A model generated the notes under the pieces. It ran no database searches and had not been told where the DNA came from. It saw only the letters and a program-made list of their open reading frames with translations. A DNA stretch of 64,000 bases from an uncultured Marmoricola sp. (GTDB taxonomy: Bacteria > Actinomycetota > Actinomycetes > Propionibacteriales > Nocardioidaceae): NCBI GenBank assembly GCA_964600765.1, contig CAZRKI010000004.1, positions 11,162 through 75,161 on the forward strand, given 5' to 3'. How positions within the stretch are numbered: the stretch's first letter is position 1; every line of letters begins with the position of its first letter. This document shows, one piece after another, positions 1 to 9,444 of this stretch. The position numbers were made by a program, and so were the translations under genes.

Positions 1-2
1 AA

Positions 3-923
3 GTCCTATCAGTGGCTGATCAGATCACCGTGATCCGCAAGGGAACCACCGTTGCCTCGGTGACGCCGGCGGAGGTGAATGCCCGTCAATTGGCCGAACT
101 CATGGTGGGCAGCGTGCTTCCCTCGCCGAGTACTGAGGGCTCCACCGTCACTGATGAGGTCCTGCTCCAGGTGACTGACCTGGAGCTTGATGACAGCGCC
201 GGCCGTCCGGAACTGGTCGATATCGATCTCACCATTCATGCTGGTGAAATCCTCGGGATTGCCGGAGTGGAGGGCAATGGTCAGACCGAGTTGGTGGAGA
301 CCATCATCGGCATGCGGAACCAGAGCCGGGGAACCATCGAATTATCAGGTGAGGACATCTCCGGTTGGTCAACTCGCAAACGCCGGGCCAGTGGCATCGG
401 TTACATACCTGAGGATCGGCATCGTCATGGACTGCTGCTGGACTCCCCGCTCTGGGAGAACCGAATTCTTGGACATCAGACCCGCCCGCCATCGGTGCGG
501 GGGCCGTTCCTGAACCCGCCGGGTGCCCGGGCGGATGCCACCCGGATCGTGTCCGAGTACGACGTGCGGACCCCGGGCGTGAACACGACTGCCCGGGCCC
601 TCTCCGGTGGCAACCAGCAAAAGTTCATCGTGGGACGGGAGATGAGTAGCGACCCGGTGCTGCTGGTTGCCTCGCATCCCACCCGGGGGGTGGATGTTGG
701 TGCCCAGGCCCAGATCTGGGGCCACATCAAGCAGGCCCGGAAAGCCGGATTGGCGGTGCTGCTGATCAGTGCTGACCTGGATGAACTGATTGGTCTCTCC
801 GACACGATCAAGGTGATCCTGCGAGGGCGTTTGGTGGCGTCCTTTGATCCGCACACGGTTACACCGGAGCAGTTGGGATCAGCAATGACCGGCGCCGATC
901 AACTACAGGAGGATCAGGCATGA
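3..923 (+). CDS. Nucleoside/sugar ABC transporter ATP-binding protein, 5'-truncated by the window edge (second ATPase domain)
   Basis: Open frame from position 3. Degenerate Walker A (GIAGVEGNGQTEL), YIPEDR, signature LSGGNQQK, SHPTRGVDVGA and LISADLDEL, typical of CUT2/NupA-type ATPases. Confidence 0.93.
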   Translation, partial: VLSVADQITVIRKGTTVASVTPAEVNARQLAELMVGSVLPSPSTEGSTVTDEVLLQVTDLELDDSAGRPELVDIDLTIHAGEILGIAGVEGNGQTELVETIIGMRNQSRGTIELSGEDISGWSTRKRRASGIGYIPEDRHRHGLLLDSPLWENRILGHQTRPPSVRGPFLNPPGARADATRIVSEYDVRTPGVNTTARALSGGNQQKFIVGREMSSDPVLLVASHPTRGVDVGAQAQIWGHIKQARKAGLAVLLISADLDELIGLSDTIKVILRGRLVASFDPHTVTPEQLGSAMTGADQLQEDQA

Positions 924-2026
924 GTAGGTTCGTGCGCCTGGGTCTGCCGGTGGTCGCGGTGTTGTTGGCGCTGGTGTTCTCCGGTGTGGTGGCCACGGTG
1001 GTATTGCTGTTCACCGGTGATGATGTGGCCGGTTTCTGGCGGGTGATGCTCACCTGGCCCTCCCAGAGGGACCTGGTTGACATCCTCAACATGACCGCGA
1101 TCCTTTATCTCTCCGGTGCTGCTGCTGCGATTGGCTTCCGGATGAACCTGTTCAACATTGGCGTTGAGGGTCAGTACCGGATCGCTGGTTTGTTTGCCGG
1201 CGCCTTTGCTGGCCTGGGTCTACTGCCCGGGAAGTTGAATGTCCTGGCCGCCATCCTGGTCGCCATGGCGGTGGGCGCACTGTGGGCTGGCATCGCCGGT
1301 GCCCTGCGAGTCTGGCGCGGGGTCAGTGAGGTCATCTCCACCATCATGCTGAATGCGATTGCCGGTTCACTGATTGGTTACCTGTTGGTGAAGTGGGGAG
1401 TCAGTACTGGCAATGCCCGCAATACCAAGCTGATGCCCGAGGACACCTGGGTGGGTAGTTGGCGGATTTTTCCAGATGTCACCGGCGGGGTGTACCTGCT
1501 GGCCATCCTGGCGCCACTGGTCGGGATCGTGTTCTTCGTCCTGGTCTATTACACCCGATTCGGCTTTGACCTCAGAGCCGCTGGTGCATCTGAGTCCGCT
1601 GCAGTGTCAAGTGGTGTCTCGGTAAAGAAGATGGTCTTCATCTCGATGTTGTTGTCCGGTGCAGTAGCTGGACTGATCGGGCTACCGATGATGTTCTCCG
1701 ATTCGCATCAGTACGGGTCTGCTTTCCAGACCGGGCTGGGCTTCACCGGAATAGCCGTGGCCCTGTTGGGTCGCAATCACCCAGTGGGCATCGCCTGTGG
1801 CGCCCTGATCTTCGCCTTCCTGGGTCAACAGGCAAATCTGCTCAACATCCTGGCTGGGGTTTCTCCGGACATAGTTGGCATGACCCAGGGCATCATCGTG
1901 CTTGCCGTGGTAATCGCCTTTGAGGTGATCCGCCGCTTTGCCAACCGGATAGAGCAGCGCCAGGTGGCCGCGCAGTTGGCAGCGGAGCGGACCAATGGCA
2001 GTGACGCACAGGAGGTCTCGGCATGA
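920..2026 (+). CDS. Nucleoside ABC transporter permease
   Basis: Multi-TM protein with LFNIGVEGQY, EVISTIMLN and GFTGIAVALLGRNHP motifs; 4-bp overlap with the ATPase gene. Confidence 0.92.
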   Translation: MSRFVRLGLPVVAVLLALVFSGVVATVVLLFTGDDVAGFWRVMLTWPSQRDLVDILNMTAILYLSGAAAAIGFRMNLFNIGVEGQYRIAGLFAGAFAGLGLLPGKLNVLAAILVAMAVGALWAGIAGALRVWRGVSEVISTIMLNAIAGSLIGYLLVKWGVSTGNARNTKLMPEDTWVGSWRIFPDVTGGVYLLAILAPLVGIVFFVLVYYTRFGFDLRAAGASESAAVSSGVSVKKMVFISMLLSGAVAGLIGLPMMFSDSHQYGSAFQTGLGFTGIAVALLGRNHPVGIACGALIFAFLGQQANLLNILAGVSPDIVGMTQGIIVLAVVIAFEVIRRFANRIEQRQVAAQLAAERTNGSDAQEVSA

Positions 2027-3291
2027 GCGTTCCGACCAGCTCACCTGCCCTCGCACCGATTGCGACGGCACAGGTTCTCAAGCGCCAAAAAATTCGCAAC
2101 TACACCCTGATCGCTCTGGCTGGATTCGCACTGCTATCCCTGGTGCGGTTGCTCACTGGTGCCGGAGAACTGACCTCCTCAGGCACCATTCAAGCGGCGC
2201 TGACCTCCACCATCCCCATTGCCATGGCTGGTCTGGGTGGCCTTTGGTCGGAACGGGCCGGAGTGGTCAACATCGGCCTGGAAGGCATGATGATCCTGGG
2301 TACCTTCGGGGCGGGATACTTCGGTTATCACTACGGATCCCTGGCCGGCATCCTGGGGGCCATCATCCTGGGCATGGTCGGTGGCCTGCTCCACGCAATT
2401 GCCACTGTGTACTTCGGGGTTGACCACATCGTCTCCGGTGTGGCCATCAATATCATTGCTCTGGGTGCGGCCGGCTTCCTCGCGGAAACCTATTTCACCG
2501 GATTGGCCGGTGGTGGCCCCACTCAGTCACCGCCGTTGCCGACCCCCTGGACGATCAACATCCCGTTCCTGGACGACCCCCTGGCCCGATTGGAGGGTCA
2601 GGACTGGTTCCTGGTCAGCGATGCTGCTGGACTGCTTCGGGTCCTGGTCAACGATCTCCCCGTGCTCACCATTGTCTGTCTGGGGTTGTTCGTGCTGACT
2701 TTCTGGGTGCTGTGGAAGACCAGGTTCGGACTCCGGTTGCGCTCTTGTGGGGAATCCCCTGAGGCTGCAGAATCCCTGGGCATCAATGTTTACAACTACA
2801 AGTTGGTTGCCGTGGTGATCTCCGGTGGTCTGGCGGGTCTGGGCGGGGCATTCCTGGCGATGGTGGCCTCCTCTGGTTTCCAGGTTGGCCAGACCGGTGG
2901 CCGGGGCTATATCGGCCTGGCGGCGATGATCTTCGGCAACTGGCGACCGACTGGTCTGTTGCTTGGATCGGGTCTGTTCGGCTACACCCAGGCGCTGCCC
3001 CTGCGCCGAGAGGCGACACTCTCCATCCACGCCCTGCTATTGCTGATCGCGATCCTGCTGATTGCGGTGGCTGTCTACCAACTCACGCGGCGCAATCATC
3101 TGCAGGCGATCGGAGCAGCTGCCTTTGGGGCGGCCTTCCTGGTTTGGTATCTCAGCACAGATCTGGTGCCGGCTGACTTCACCAAGATGGCCCCCTATGT
3201 GACCACCCTGTTGGTCCTTGCCCTGGCTTCCCAGCGGCTACGAATGCCCAAGGCCGATGGCCAGAGCTATCGAAGAGGGTCAGCAGGATGA
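2023..3291 (+). CDS. Nucleoside ABC transporter permease (second)
   Basis: SERAGVVNIGLEGMM, TRFGLRLRSCGE and GRGYIGLAAMIFGNW motifs; 4-bp overlap with the previous permease. Confidence 0.92.
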   Translation: MSVPTSSPALAPIATAQVLKRQKIRNYTLIALAGFALLSLVRLLTGAGELTSSGTIQAALTSTIPIAMAGLGGLWSERAGVVNIGLEGMMILGTFGAGYFGYHYGSLAGILGAIILGMVGGLLHAIATVYFGVDHIVSGVAINIIALGAAGFLAETYFTGLAGGGPTQSPPLPTPWTINIPFLDDPLARLEGQDWFLVSDAAGLLRVLVNDLPVLTIVCLGLFVLTFWVLWKTRFGLRLRSCGESPEAAESLGINVYNYKLVAVVISGGLAGLGGAFLAMVASSGFQVGQTGGRGYIGLAAMIFGNWRPTGLLLGSGLFGYTQALPLRREATLSIHALLLLIAILLIAVAVYQLTRRNHLQAIGAAAFGAAFLVWYLSTDLVPADFTKMAPYVTTLLVLALASQRLRMPKADGQSYRRGSAG

Positions 3292-3704
3292 GTGAGGACC
3301 AGATCGCGGTGGACTGGGCCGCCCTGATCAGGGCGGCCGAGCAGGCAGCCGAGCAGGCCTATGCGCCGTACTCCAACTATCAGGTTGGCGCAGCGGCGTT
3401 GGTTTCCGATGGACGCCTGGTGAGTGGCTGCAACGTGGAGAATGCCGCCTACGGGGTGGCCTTGTGTGCTGAATGCGGGTTGATTTCCCAGTTGGTCCTC
3501 ACCGGTGGGGGCAGGTTGACCCATTTCGTCTGCGTCAACAAGGAGGGGGAGGTGATCATGCCCTGTGGCCGCTGTCGCCAGTTGTTGTTCGAGCATGGTG
3601 GCAACGACCTGATCCTGATGACCGTCAATGGGGTACGCCCGATGAGCCAGGTGCTCCCGGATGCCTTTGGGCCGGATGACTTGATGGCGGTGAACCAATC
3701 TTGA
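3288..3704 (+). CDS. cdd: Cytidine deaminase (homotetrameric type)
   Basis: AYAPYS, GCNVENA, CAE and PCGRCRQ zinc motifs. Confidence 0.96.
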   Translation: MSEDQIAVDWAALIRAAEQAAEQAYAPYSNYQVGAAALVSDGRLVSGCNVENAAYGVALCAECGLISQLVLTGGGRLTHFVCVNKEGEVIMPCGRCRQLLFEHGGNDLILMTVNGVRPMSQVLPDAFGPDDLMAVNQS

Positions 3705-4834
3705 TCGACATCACCGACCCAGGCGTGATCGCTGATCCATATCCCCACCTGGCCAGTGACCGGGCCCAGCATGAATTGGCCTGGCACCCGGATCTGGGTG
3801 GCTACCTGACCTTTTCCCATGCGATGGCCAGCGCTGCCTTGCGGGATCGGCGTCTGGGCAGGGTCTGGGTGGACCGGGAGCCGGCGTCGTACCTGGAGCC
3901 GTTCAATCTGCTGCACCGCAATCAGATGATGGAGAACGAACCACCCGAACACACCCGCTTGCGTCGGCCAGTGGCCACCGCATTTGCTCGTGGGCATGTG
4001 GAGCGCCTGCGTCCACGGGTTCAGCAGGTGGCGGCCGGGTTGCTTGATGAGGTTGGTGCCCAGTTTGATCTGATCGCTGACTTCGCCGAGCCGTTGCCGG
4101 TGCTGGTGATCGCTGAATTGCTTGGGGTGGGGCAGACAGATGTAGCGGCTCTGCGCCGTTGGTCCCAGGCGATTGTGAAGATGTATGAGCCGCGACCGGA
4201 TCAGCAAGTGACTGACCACGCGGTGCAATCAGCCCAGGAATTCGCTGCTTTTGCCCGGGACCTGGTCCGGCTCCGTCGCCGGACTCCACTGCCCGATGAC
4301 CTGATCAGCGAATTGGCACACAGCGACCTCAGTGATGATGAAGTTGTCGCCGCGGTGGTGCTGTTGTTGAACGCCGGCCATGAGGCCACGGTGAATGCCT
4401 TTGGCAATGGCCTGGTGGGGATGCTGAATGCTGGCCAGCGACCCGCAACGGATCTGACCCGGACCGTGGAGGAGATGCTCCGGTTTGATGCGGCTGCCCA
4501 ATTGTTTGAGCGCACGGCCCTGGAACCAGTCGAGTTGGGTGGGGTAACCATCGAACCAGGGCAGAAGGTGGTAATCCTGCTGGGGGCAGCCAACCGGGAC
4601 CCAGAGGTGTTCCCGGATCCGGATCGATTCCTTCCCGATCGGGATCCAAATCCGCATCTGGCCTTTGGGGCTGGCCTGCACTTCTGTCTTGGTTCACCAC
4701 TGGCCCGGATGGAACTGGTTGAGTCCCTGGCCGTGCTCACCGCACGTTACCCGGAGCTGCGGTTAGCGGCCCCACCGAAGTCGCGGGGTACCTTCGTGCT
4801 CCGTGGCTACGAACAGGTCCTGGTCCAGGGTTGA
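3701..4834 (+). CDS. Cytochrome P450
   Basis: PPEHTRLR, I-helix AGHEAT, ExxR (EEMLR) and heme motif FGAGLHFCLG. TTG start overlaps the cdd stop (TTGA). Confidence 0.95.
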   Translation: MIDITDPGVIADPYPHLASDRAQHELAWHPDLGGYLTFSHAMASAALRDRRLGRVWVDREPASYLEPFNLLHRNQMMENEPPEHTRLRRPVATAFARGHVERLRPRVQQVAAGLLDEVGAQFDLIADFAEPLPVLVIAELLGVGQTDVAALRRWSQAIVKMYEPRPDQQVTDHAVQSAQEFAAFARDLVRLRRRTPLPDDLISELAHSDLSDDEVVAAVVLLLNAGHEATVNAFGNGLVGMLNAGQRPATDLTRTVEEMLRFDAAAQLFERTALEPVELGGVTIEPGQKVVILLGAANRDPEVFPDPDRFLPDRDPNPHLAFGAGLHFCLGSPLARMELVESLAVLTARYPELRLAAPPKSRGTFVLRGYEQVLVQG

Positions 4835-4873
4835 GCCCAGCTCCCGACTCCCCGGCTGGTTAGGATCCAGGTC

Positions 4874-5482
4874 ATGGGCCTTTGGGGTGAGCACGTCGTA
4901 CCAAGACTTGCAGATGCCATGTTGCGTGGCAGGGAGATGGGTCAACTGCGCGGGTTGGCCTGCTCCTCGCTGAGTGGGCGGGTCCTGGAATTGGGATTCG
5001 GTGGCGGACTGAATATTCGTTGGTATCCACCAGAGGTGTCTGAGGTGGTTGCTGTGGAGCCATCGGATGTTGGATGGGGGCTCTCGCAACGGCGTCGAGC
5101 CCGCACTGACCTCTCGATCAGCCGTGGTTTCCTGGATGGCCAACACCTGGCTGCCCCCGATGGCGCCTTTGATGCGGTGTTGTCGACCTTCACCCTGTGC
5201 ACCATTCCTGATGTGTCACAGGCCCTGGCCGAGGCGAGACGCGTGCTCAAATCCGATGGCAGGTTTGTGTTCCTGGAGCACGGTTTGGCTCCCACGCCAG
5301 GCATGGTGAGCTGGCAGCGACGGCTGGATCCGATCCAGAAGGCCTGTGGAGGTGGTTGCCATTTGAGTCGGGATATTCCGGCACTGGTGGCTGAGCACTT
5401 TGACGTGCGGCTCGACCATCAGGGTTACCTGGAAAAACCAAGCCCATTCACATATCTCTACCGCGGCGTGGGTCGAAACTAG
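4874..5482 (+). CDS. Class I SAM-dependent methyltransferase
   Basis: VLELGFGGG motif I, FDAVLSTFTLC and GRFVFLEHG; own candidate -10 TAGGAT at 4861-4866, 7 nt before the ATG. Confidence 0.88.
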   Translation: MGLWGEHVVPRLADAMLRGREMGQLRGLACSSLSGRVLELGFGGGLNIRWYPPEVSEVVAVEPSDVGWGLSQRRRARTDLSISRGFLDGQHLAAPDGAFDAVLSTFTLCTIPDVSQALAEARRVLKSDGRFVFLEHGLAPTPGMVSWQRRLDPIQKACGGGCHLSRDIPALVAEHFDVRLDHQGYLEKPSPFTYLYRGVGRN

Positions 5483-5516
5483 TTCCTCAGGCCGCCACCT
5501 CTGATAGACAAAGGCC

Positions 5517-6794
5517 ATGCACGACGCTGTAGAAGTGATCATCGCCAAGAGGGACGGTCAGGAGCTCACTGCCAGCCAGATCGACTGGGTGATCGCCGCC
5601 TATACCGATGGTCTGGTGGCAGATGAACAGATGTCGGCACTCGCGATGGCCATCCTGCTCAATGGCATGAATCCAGCAGAGATCTTCCGATGGACCGATG
5701 CGATGATCCGCACCGGGGAGCGGATGGAATTCTCCGGTCTGAGCCGGCCCACTGCGGACAAGCACTCCACTGGTGGGGTGGGGGACAAGATCACCCTGCC
5801 CTTGGCTCCCCTCGTCGCTGCCTGTGGCGTGGCTGTCCCGCAACTGTCGGGCCGGGGCCTGGGACACACTGGAGGCACTCTCGACAAGCTCGAGTCAATC
5901 CCCGGTTGGCAGGCGGAGTTGAACAACGAGCGCATGCTGGAGCAATTGCAACAGGTTGGTGCGGTCATCTGTGCCGCCGGAGCGGGTCTGGCACCAGCAG
6001 ACAAGAAGCTCTATGCCCTGCGAGATGTCACCGGAACGGTGGAGGCAATTCCACTGATCGCCTCTTCAATCATGAGCAAGAAGATCGCTGAGGGAACCGG
6101 CTCCCTGGTCCTGGACGTGAAGGTGGGTAGCGGGGCCTTCATGAAGGACCGCCTGAGTGCTACCGAGTTGGCCCGGACGATGGTGGGGTTGGGACAACGA
6201 GCCGGTGTTCATACGGTTGCGTTGTTGACGGACATGTCCACACCATTGGGCCACACTGCTGGGAATGCTCTGGAGGTCCGCGAATCAGTTGAGGTTCTGG
6301 CTGGCGGTGGTCCATCAGATGTGGTCGAACTGACCCTGGCCCTGGCTCGGGAGATGTTGGCTGGTGCCGGAGTTGAGGCCGACCCCGAAGCGGTACTTCG
6401 TTCCGGTCAGGCAATGGATGTATGGCGGCAGATGATCCGGGCCCAGTCCGGTGATCCTGAGGCCCCCCTGCCTACGGCCAGGGAAACCCAAACCATAACG
6501 GCCACACGCGCCGGAGTGATTACCCGATTGGATGCCATGGCGGTAGGCCTGGCCGCCTGGCGGTTGGGTGCTGGTCGGGCCAAACAGGGGGACCCGGTAC
6601 AGGCTGGTGCGGGTGTGGAATGGCATGCGCGACCCGGTGATGTGGTCAGCCTCGGCCAGAGGTTGTTCACCTTGCATACCGATGAGGCAGAGAGGTTTCC
6701 CAGGGCCCTGGCAGCGCTTGAGGATGCGGTTGGGATTGCGGATAATCACGTTGATTTCACACCCGTGCCGCTGGTGATGGACCGGATCTGTTGA
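5517..6794 (+). CDS. deoA: Thymidine / pyrimidine-nucleoside phosphorylase
   Basis: DKHSTGGVGDK, SGRGLGHTGGTLDKLESIPG, SIMSKKIAEG and LDVKVGSGAFMK motifs. Confidence 0.97.
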   Translation: MHDAVEVIIAKRDGQELTASQIDWVIAAYTDGLVADEQMSALAMAILLNGMNPAEIFRWTDAMIRTGERMEFSGLSRPTADKHSTGGVGDKITLPLAPLVAACGVAVPQLSGRGLGHTGGTLDKLESIPGWQAELNNERMLEQLQQVGAVICAAGAGLAPADKKLYALRDVTGTVEAIPLIASSIMSKKIAEGTGSLVLDVKVGSGAFMKDRLSATELARTMVGLGQRAGVHTVALLTDMSTPLGHTAGNALEVRESVEVLAGGGPSDVVELTLALAREMLAGAGVEADPEAVLRSGQAMDVWRQMIRAQSGDPEAPLPTARETQTITATRAGVITRLDAMAVGLAAWRLGAGRAKQGDPVQAGAGVEWHARPGDVVSLGQRLFTLHTDEAERFPRALAALEDAVGIADNHVDFTPVPLVMDRIC

Positions 6795-6800
6795 CCGGCG

Positions 6801-7409
6801 TTATTCCACCAACGTGACCAGTCCGGTATCGAGGTCATAGCGGCCGCCCACGACCAGGGGTCGCTGTTCCCATTCGGCTGATTCCTCGATCAGGGCAACA
6901 CTGCGTCGGACATGCTGAAGCATGGTTTCCTCGGCAAGGTGATCCGGGTGTACGCCGGACATCGCTATGTCATCAACTGCCGGCCGAATCATGGTGAGCA
7001 AGGCGGGCAGATGGCCCCGCGGCGCTTCCTCTTCATGACGAGCGGCGAGCGCGCTGGCAATGGCGCCGCACCTGGTGTGCCCAAGGACCAGCACCAGCCT
7101 GATTCCCAGGACCAGCATTCCGAACTCGATTGTGCCCATCACCGATGCACCCACACAGTGGCCAGCAGTACGGACCACGAAAAGGTCGCCCAGCCCACAA
7201 TCGAAGATCAACTCAGGTACCTGCCGGGAGTCCGAACATGAAATCACCAGCGCGCTTGGATTCTGTTGCCTGGCGATCTCGGTCCGCCGCAGTCCATCGC
7301 GGTGGGGGTTCAGTGTCTGGCCCGAGGCAAAGCGTTGGTTTCCCTCAAGCAACAACTGTAACTGGGCTTGAGCAGGTAGGTTCAGCCCGAGAATATTGCT
7401 CACGTCCAT
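6801..7409 (-). CDS. Beta-class carbonic anhydrase
   Basis: LLEGNQRF, zinc motifs SCSDSR and GHTRCGA, GDLFVVRTAG. Confidence 0.93.
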   Translation of the reverse strand: MDVSNILGLNLPAQAQLQLLLEGNQRFASGQTLNPHRDGLRRTEIARQQNPSALVISCSDSRQVPELIFDCGLGDLFVVRTAGHCVGASVMGTIEFGMLVLGIRLVLVLGHTRCGAIASALAARHEEEAPRGHLPALLTMIRPAVDDIAMSGVHPDHLAEETMLQHVRRSVALIEESAEWEQRPLVVGGRYDLDTGLVTLVE

Positions 7410-7441
7410 GGCAGAATTCTCTCAAATGGCGGATCCGCAGA

Positions 7442-7477
7442 TTGAGCGCATATACCCCTAGGGGTATCATGAATCCC
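7442..7477 (+). promoter_or_regulatory. Sigma-A-type promoter (TTGAGC-17 bp-TATCAT) containing a perfect 16-bp CsoR/CstR-type operator ATACCCCTAGGGGTAT (7452-7467)
   Basis: -35 at 7442-7447, -10 at 7465-7470, ATG 7 nt downstream at 7478. The palindrome is read directly from the sequence. Confidence 0.75.
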
Positions 7478-7846
7478 ATGTTCCAGAAACTGGTTGTTGT
7501 GTTGATCACCATCGCGCTGCTCCCGGCTCTGGCCGGTTGTGCGGGCTCACAACCTGATTCAGTTGAGATCACCCAGGGCACGGTCCTATTGGATGTGCGT
7601 GACCAATCGGAGTACCAATCCGGACACCTTGAGGATGCCCGCCTGCTCAGCCTCAACTCAGGTGAACTTTCTGCAGCCCTACCCGATCTGGATCCTGACG
7701 CGCAGTATGTCATCTACTGTCGATCCGGAAACCGCTCGGCTCAGGCAGCGGCGCTGATGAAAAGGGCCGGGTTCACAAATGTGACCGATCTGGGATCGAT
7801 GAGCAACGCTGCCTCTGCGACTGGTTTGGCGACTGTGACCCAGTAG
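7478..7846 (+). CDS. Rhodanese-domain (sulfurtransferase) lipoprotein
   Basis: Signal peptide with lipobox LAGC, LLDVRxxxEYxxGHLEDA and active-site loop YCRSGNRS. The start is more likely 7478 (or 7469) than the 7130 given in the ORF track. Confidence 0.88.
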   Translation: MFQKLVVVLITIALLPALAGCAGSQPDSVEITQGTVLLDVRDQSEYQSGHLEDARLLSLNSGELSAALPDLDPDAQYVIYCRSGNRSAQAAALMKRAGFTNVTDLGSMSNAASATGLATVTQ

Positions 7847-7869
7847 CCACCGGCTGATCTGTTCTCAGG

Positions 7870-8322
7870 TCAGGGCAACAGGAGAACTACTGTCTCAGCG
7901 ACGCAGGCGGGTTTGGCCTCGCCCTCGATCTCAATCACATAGCCGAGGGTGAGTTGCTTGCCTCCCGCCAGGTCGCTGACCTCCTTGATTGACACCTGGG
8001 CCCGAACCCGGGAGCCCACCCGGACCGGGTTGGGGAAACGCACCTTGTTCACGCCATAGTTCAGCCTGGCGCCAGGGGTATCGAGGGCCATCACGGAGTC
8101 GCTGAGTCCGGGGATCATCGCCAGGGTCAGGTAGCCATGCGCAATCGTGCCGCCGAAGGGGCCGGACTTTGCCCGTTCCACGTCAACATGGATCCATTGG
8201 TGGTCACCGGTGGCCTCGGCGAAGGTGTTCACCTGCTGTTGGGTTATCTCAACCCAATCACTGGTGCCGATCTCCTGCCCTGCCGCTGATTCCAATTCCG
8301 CGAAGGTGGTGAACTTCCGCAT
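7870..8322 (-). CDS. MaoC-family (hot-dog) dehydratase
   Basis: [23 protein letters not shown] and [13 protein letters not shown] motifs. Confidence 0.93.
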   Translation of the reverse strand: MRKFTTFAELESAAGQEIGTSDWVEITQQQVNTFAEATGDHQWIHVDVERAKSGPFGGTIAHGYLTLAMIPGLSDSVMALDTPGARLNYGVNKVRFPNPVRVGSRVRAQVSIKEVSDLAGGKQLTLGYVIEIEGEAKPACVAETVVLLLP

Positions 8323-8361
8323 CTGCTTACCTGTCCTGTCTATTGCTGGGAGGATTCGGTT

Positions 8362-9435
8362 ATGTCAGAAGATATCGCTGCCACCCCGGAACAGATCAAG
8401 GCAGCCCCGAAGGTGTTGTTGCACGACCACCTCGACGGCGGCCTGCGCCCTCAGACCATCATCGAGCTGGCCGCTGAATCAGGACACCAACTGCCAGCAA
8501 CTGGGGCAGTGGATCTGGGGCACTGGTTTTCAGAATCTGCCAATTCAGGGTCTCTGGAACGCTACCTGGAGACCTTTGCGCACACCGTTGCCGTGATGCA
8601 GCAGGCAGATCACCTGACCCGGGTTGCCCGCGAGAGCGTGGAGGACCTGGTTGCGGACAACGTGGTGTATGCCGAAACGCGTTATGCCCCGGAGTTGTTC
8701 ATCAATGGCGGTCTGAGCCTGGACGAGGTGGTCACAGCAGTGCAGCGCGGTCTGGACGAGGCGGTGGCGGCAAGCGGGAACAGGATCGTCGTACGTCAGA
8801 TCCTGACTGCGATGAGACACCAGGCCAGGTCCCGCGAGGTTGCTGAGCTTGCGGTGAAATACCGGGACCGGGGAGTGGCTGGGTTCGATATTGCCGGTGC
8901 CGAAGCCGGGAACCCGCCCACGCGACATCTGGACGCCTTTGAATATCTGCAACGGGAGAACTTCTGCTTCACGATCCACGCCGGGGAGGCCTATGGGCTG
9001 CCCTCGATCTGGGAGGCCATCCAGTGGTGTGGTGCGGATCGACTCGGCCACGGTGTGCGGATCATCGATGACATCAGGATGGTTGCTGGTGAGCCGGTGC
9101 TGGGTCGCCTGGCCACCTATGTCAGGGACAAGCGCATTCCGCTGGAGATGTGCCCACATTCAAATGTGCAAACCGGTGCCGCAGCCTCTATCGCTGAGCA
9201 TCCCATTGATCTGCTCACCCGACTCCATTTTCGGGTCACGGTGAACACCGACAACAGGTTGATGAGTGACACCTCCATGACCAAGGAGTTCGCTGCTCTG
9301 GTGGATGCCTTCGGCTACACCCTGGCGGACCTCCAGTGGTTCACGGTGAACGCGATGAAGTCCGCGTTCCTGCACTACGACGAGCGGCATGCCCTGATCA
9401 CCGAGGTGATCAAGCCGGGATTTGCGGCCCTTTAG
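8362..9435 (+). CDS. add: Adenosine deaminase
   Basis: [34 protein letters not shown] and TVNTDN motifs. Confidence 0.96.
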   Translation: MSEDIAATPEQIKAAPKVLLHDHLDGGLRPQTIIELAAESGHQLPATGAVDLGHWFSESANSGSLERYLETFAHTVAVMQQADHLTRVARESVEDLVADNVVYAETRYAPELFINGGLSLDEVVTAVQRGLDEAVAASGNRIVVRQILTAMRHQARSREVAELAVKYRDRGVAGFDIAGAEAGNPPTRHLDAFEYLQRENFCFTIHAGEAYGLPSIWEAIQWCGADRLGHGVRIIDDIRMVAGEPVLGRLATYVRDKRIPLEMCPHSNVQTGAAASIAEHPIDLLTRLHFRVTVNTDNRLMSDTSMTKEFAALVDAFGYTLADLQWFTVNAMKSAFLHYDERHALITEVIKPGFAAL

Positions 9436-9444
9436 GAGACTGGT

